A stretch of 5,455 nucleotides of DNA from Promethearchaeota archaeon. GTDB taxonomy: Archaea > Asgardarchaeota > Odinarchaeia > Odinarchaeales > JBHLKK01. The stretch spans positions 1 through 5,455 of the forward strand of contig JBHLPL010000119.1 of NCBI GenBank assembly GCA_048939465.1. The letters run 5' to 3'. The number at the start of each line of letters is the position of its first letter. Within the stretch, counting starts at the first letter, position 1. Shown one piece after another: positions 4,681-5,455 of the stretch. A program made the position numbers and the translations under genes. The notes beneath the pieces are model-generated. The model was given only the letters and a program-made list of their open reading frames with translations. It did no database searches and was not told where the DNA came from.

Positions 4681-5455
4681 ATGGTTGATGATAAGATTTG
4701 GGTATTTTCCGAAGATAAGAATGTTGCTTTAGAGCTACTGGCAAAAGGCCGAGAACTCGCTGATGATCTTAAGTGTAAACTTGCTTTTATTCTGTTGGGC
4801 AGCGATGTAAAAAGGGAGGCAGATGAATACATAGCTTCTGGAGCTGATACGATCTATATCAAAGACGATCCTGTACTGGCACAGTTTTACGTGGAACCGT
4901 ACAAAAGTGTGATAGCGGGTCTTGCGAAGGAGAAGAATCCGTCTATGATTCTCGTTGGAGGTACTAGAAGAGGTAAGGAACTTGCCCCCAGAGTTGCTCA
5001 AAATCTGGAAACTGGTTGTATTACAGATTGTATAGAATTGCGTGTAGAAGATTCCAAGCTTGTTGCGGAGCGTCTTATGTATGGTGGGAATGCTGTTGCA
5101 ACGGGAAGTTTCAGAAAAGAGCCACAAGTGGCAATCGTACCTCCGCGACGATTTGAGAAACTGCCAAAAGACGACTCCAGAAAAGGAGAGATTGTCGAAA
5201 TCGACGTCTCAATAGAAGATCCAAGAACGAAGATTGTTGAGACCAAGGAACGAGAGATCGGTGGCGTGAGAATTGAAGATGCTAGGATAATCGTTTCTGC
5301 AGGAAGGGGTTTCAAAAAGAAGGAGGACCTCGAGCTAATAAGAGAGCTGGCCAAGCTTCTTGAAGGAGAGGTTGGCAGATCTAGGCCACTCGCAGCCGAC
5401 CTGAAGTGGCTGTCTGAGGATCACTGGGTTGGTTTATCAGGTCACAAGGTGAAAC
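4681..5455 (+). CDS. etfA: Electron transfer flavoprotein alpha subunit, FixB/YdiR-like (copy 2), partial (first 258 codons; runs off the right edge)
   Basis: Manual translation gives MVDDKIWVFSED...GGTRRGKELAPRVA...GCITDC...ERLMYGGNA...DDSRKGE...ARIIVSAGRG...EVGRSRPLAADLKWLSEDHWVGLSGHKVK with no stop to the window end. It resembles recalled E. coli FixB (WVFSD, TRRGK, MVYGG, CSRPVA). An alternative in-frame GTG start at 4672 overlaps the etfB2 stop. Not in the ORF track. Confidence 0.95.
   Translation, partial: MVDDKIWVFSEDKNVALELLAKGRELADDLKCKLAFILLGSDVKREADEYIASGADTIYIKDDPVLAQFYVEPYKSVIAGLAKEKNPSMILVGGTRRGKELAPRVAQNLETGCITDCIELRVEDSKLVAERLMYGGNAVATGSFRKEPQVAIVPPRRFEKLPKDDSRKGEIVEIDVSIEDPRTKIVETKEREIGGVRIEDARIIVSAGRGFKKKEDLELIRELAKLLEGEVGRSRPLAADLKWLSEDHWVGLSGHKVK

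Noticed and set aside
1786-5354. Minus-strand ORFs of 63-131 aa in the ORF track (1786-2181, 1811-2038, 2610-2999, 2695-2886, 3018-3227, 3249-3638, 3823-4038, 4547-4744, 4735-5127, 4998-5354)
   Set aside because: All lie antisense to well-supported etf genes, show no recognisable motifs, and have the Ser/Thr/Phe-rich composition expected of shadow ORFs.

Overview
Probably an archaeal acyl-CoA/electron-transfer locus (inferred from BRE/TATA-like promoter motifs, AGGTGA/AGGAGG ribosome-binding sites, U-tract terminator and AGA/AGG/ATA codon usage). A divergent acyl-CoA dehydrogenase (minus strand, 515-1705) sits back-to-back with an apparent operon of two different electron-transfer flavoprotein pairs. 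The first pair is etfB1 plus etfA1, where etfA1 has an N-terminal 2x[4Fe-4S] ferredoxin domain and motifs typical of bifurcating ETFs. The second pair is etfB2 plus etfA2, of the E. coli FixAB/YdiQR type. etfA2 runs off the right edge and is missing from the ORF track. At the left edge, a second ORF the track missed starts at 304 (minus) as an archaeal-type thiolase. It loses thiolase similarity after about 35 codons and continues in frame into a 65%-GC alpha/beta-hydrolase-like fragment, so it is either a real rearrangement or an assembly/amplification chimera. No RNA genes, CRISPR arrays or transposases were recognised. All family assignments come from motif recognition and recalled sequences, not from database searches.
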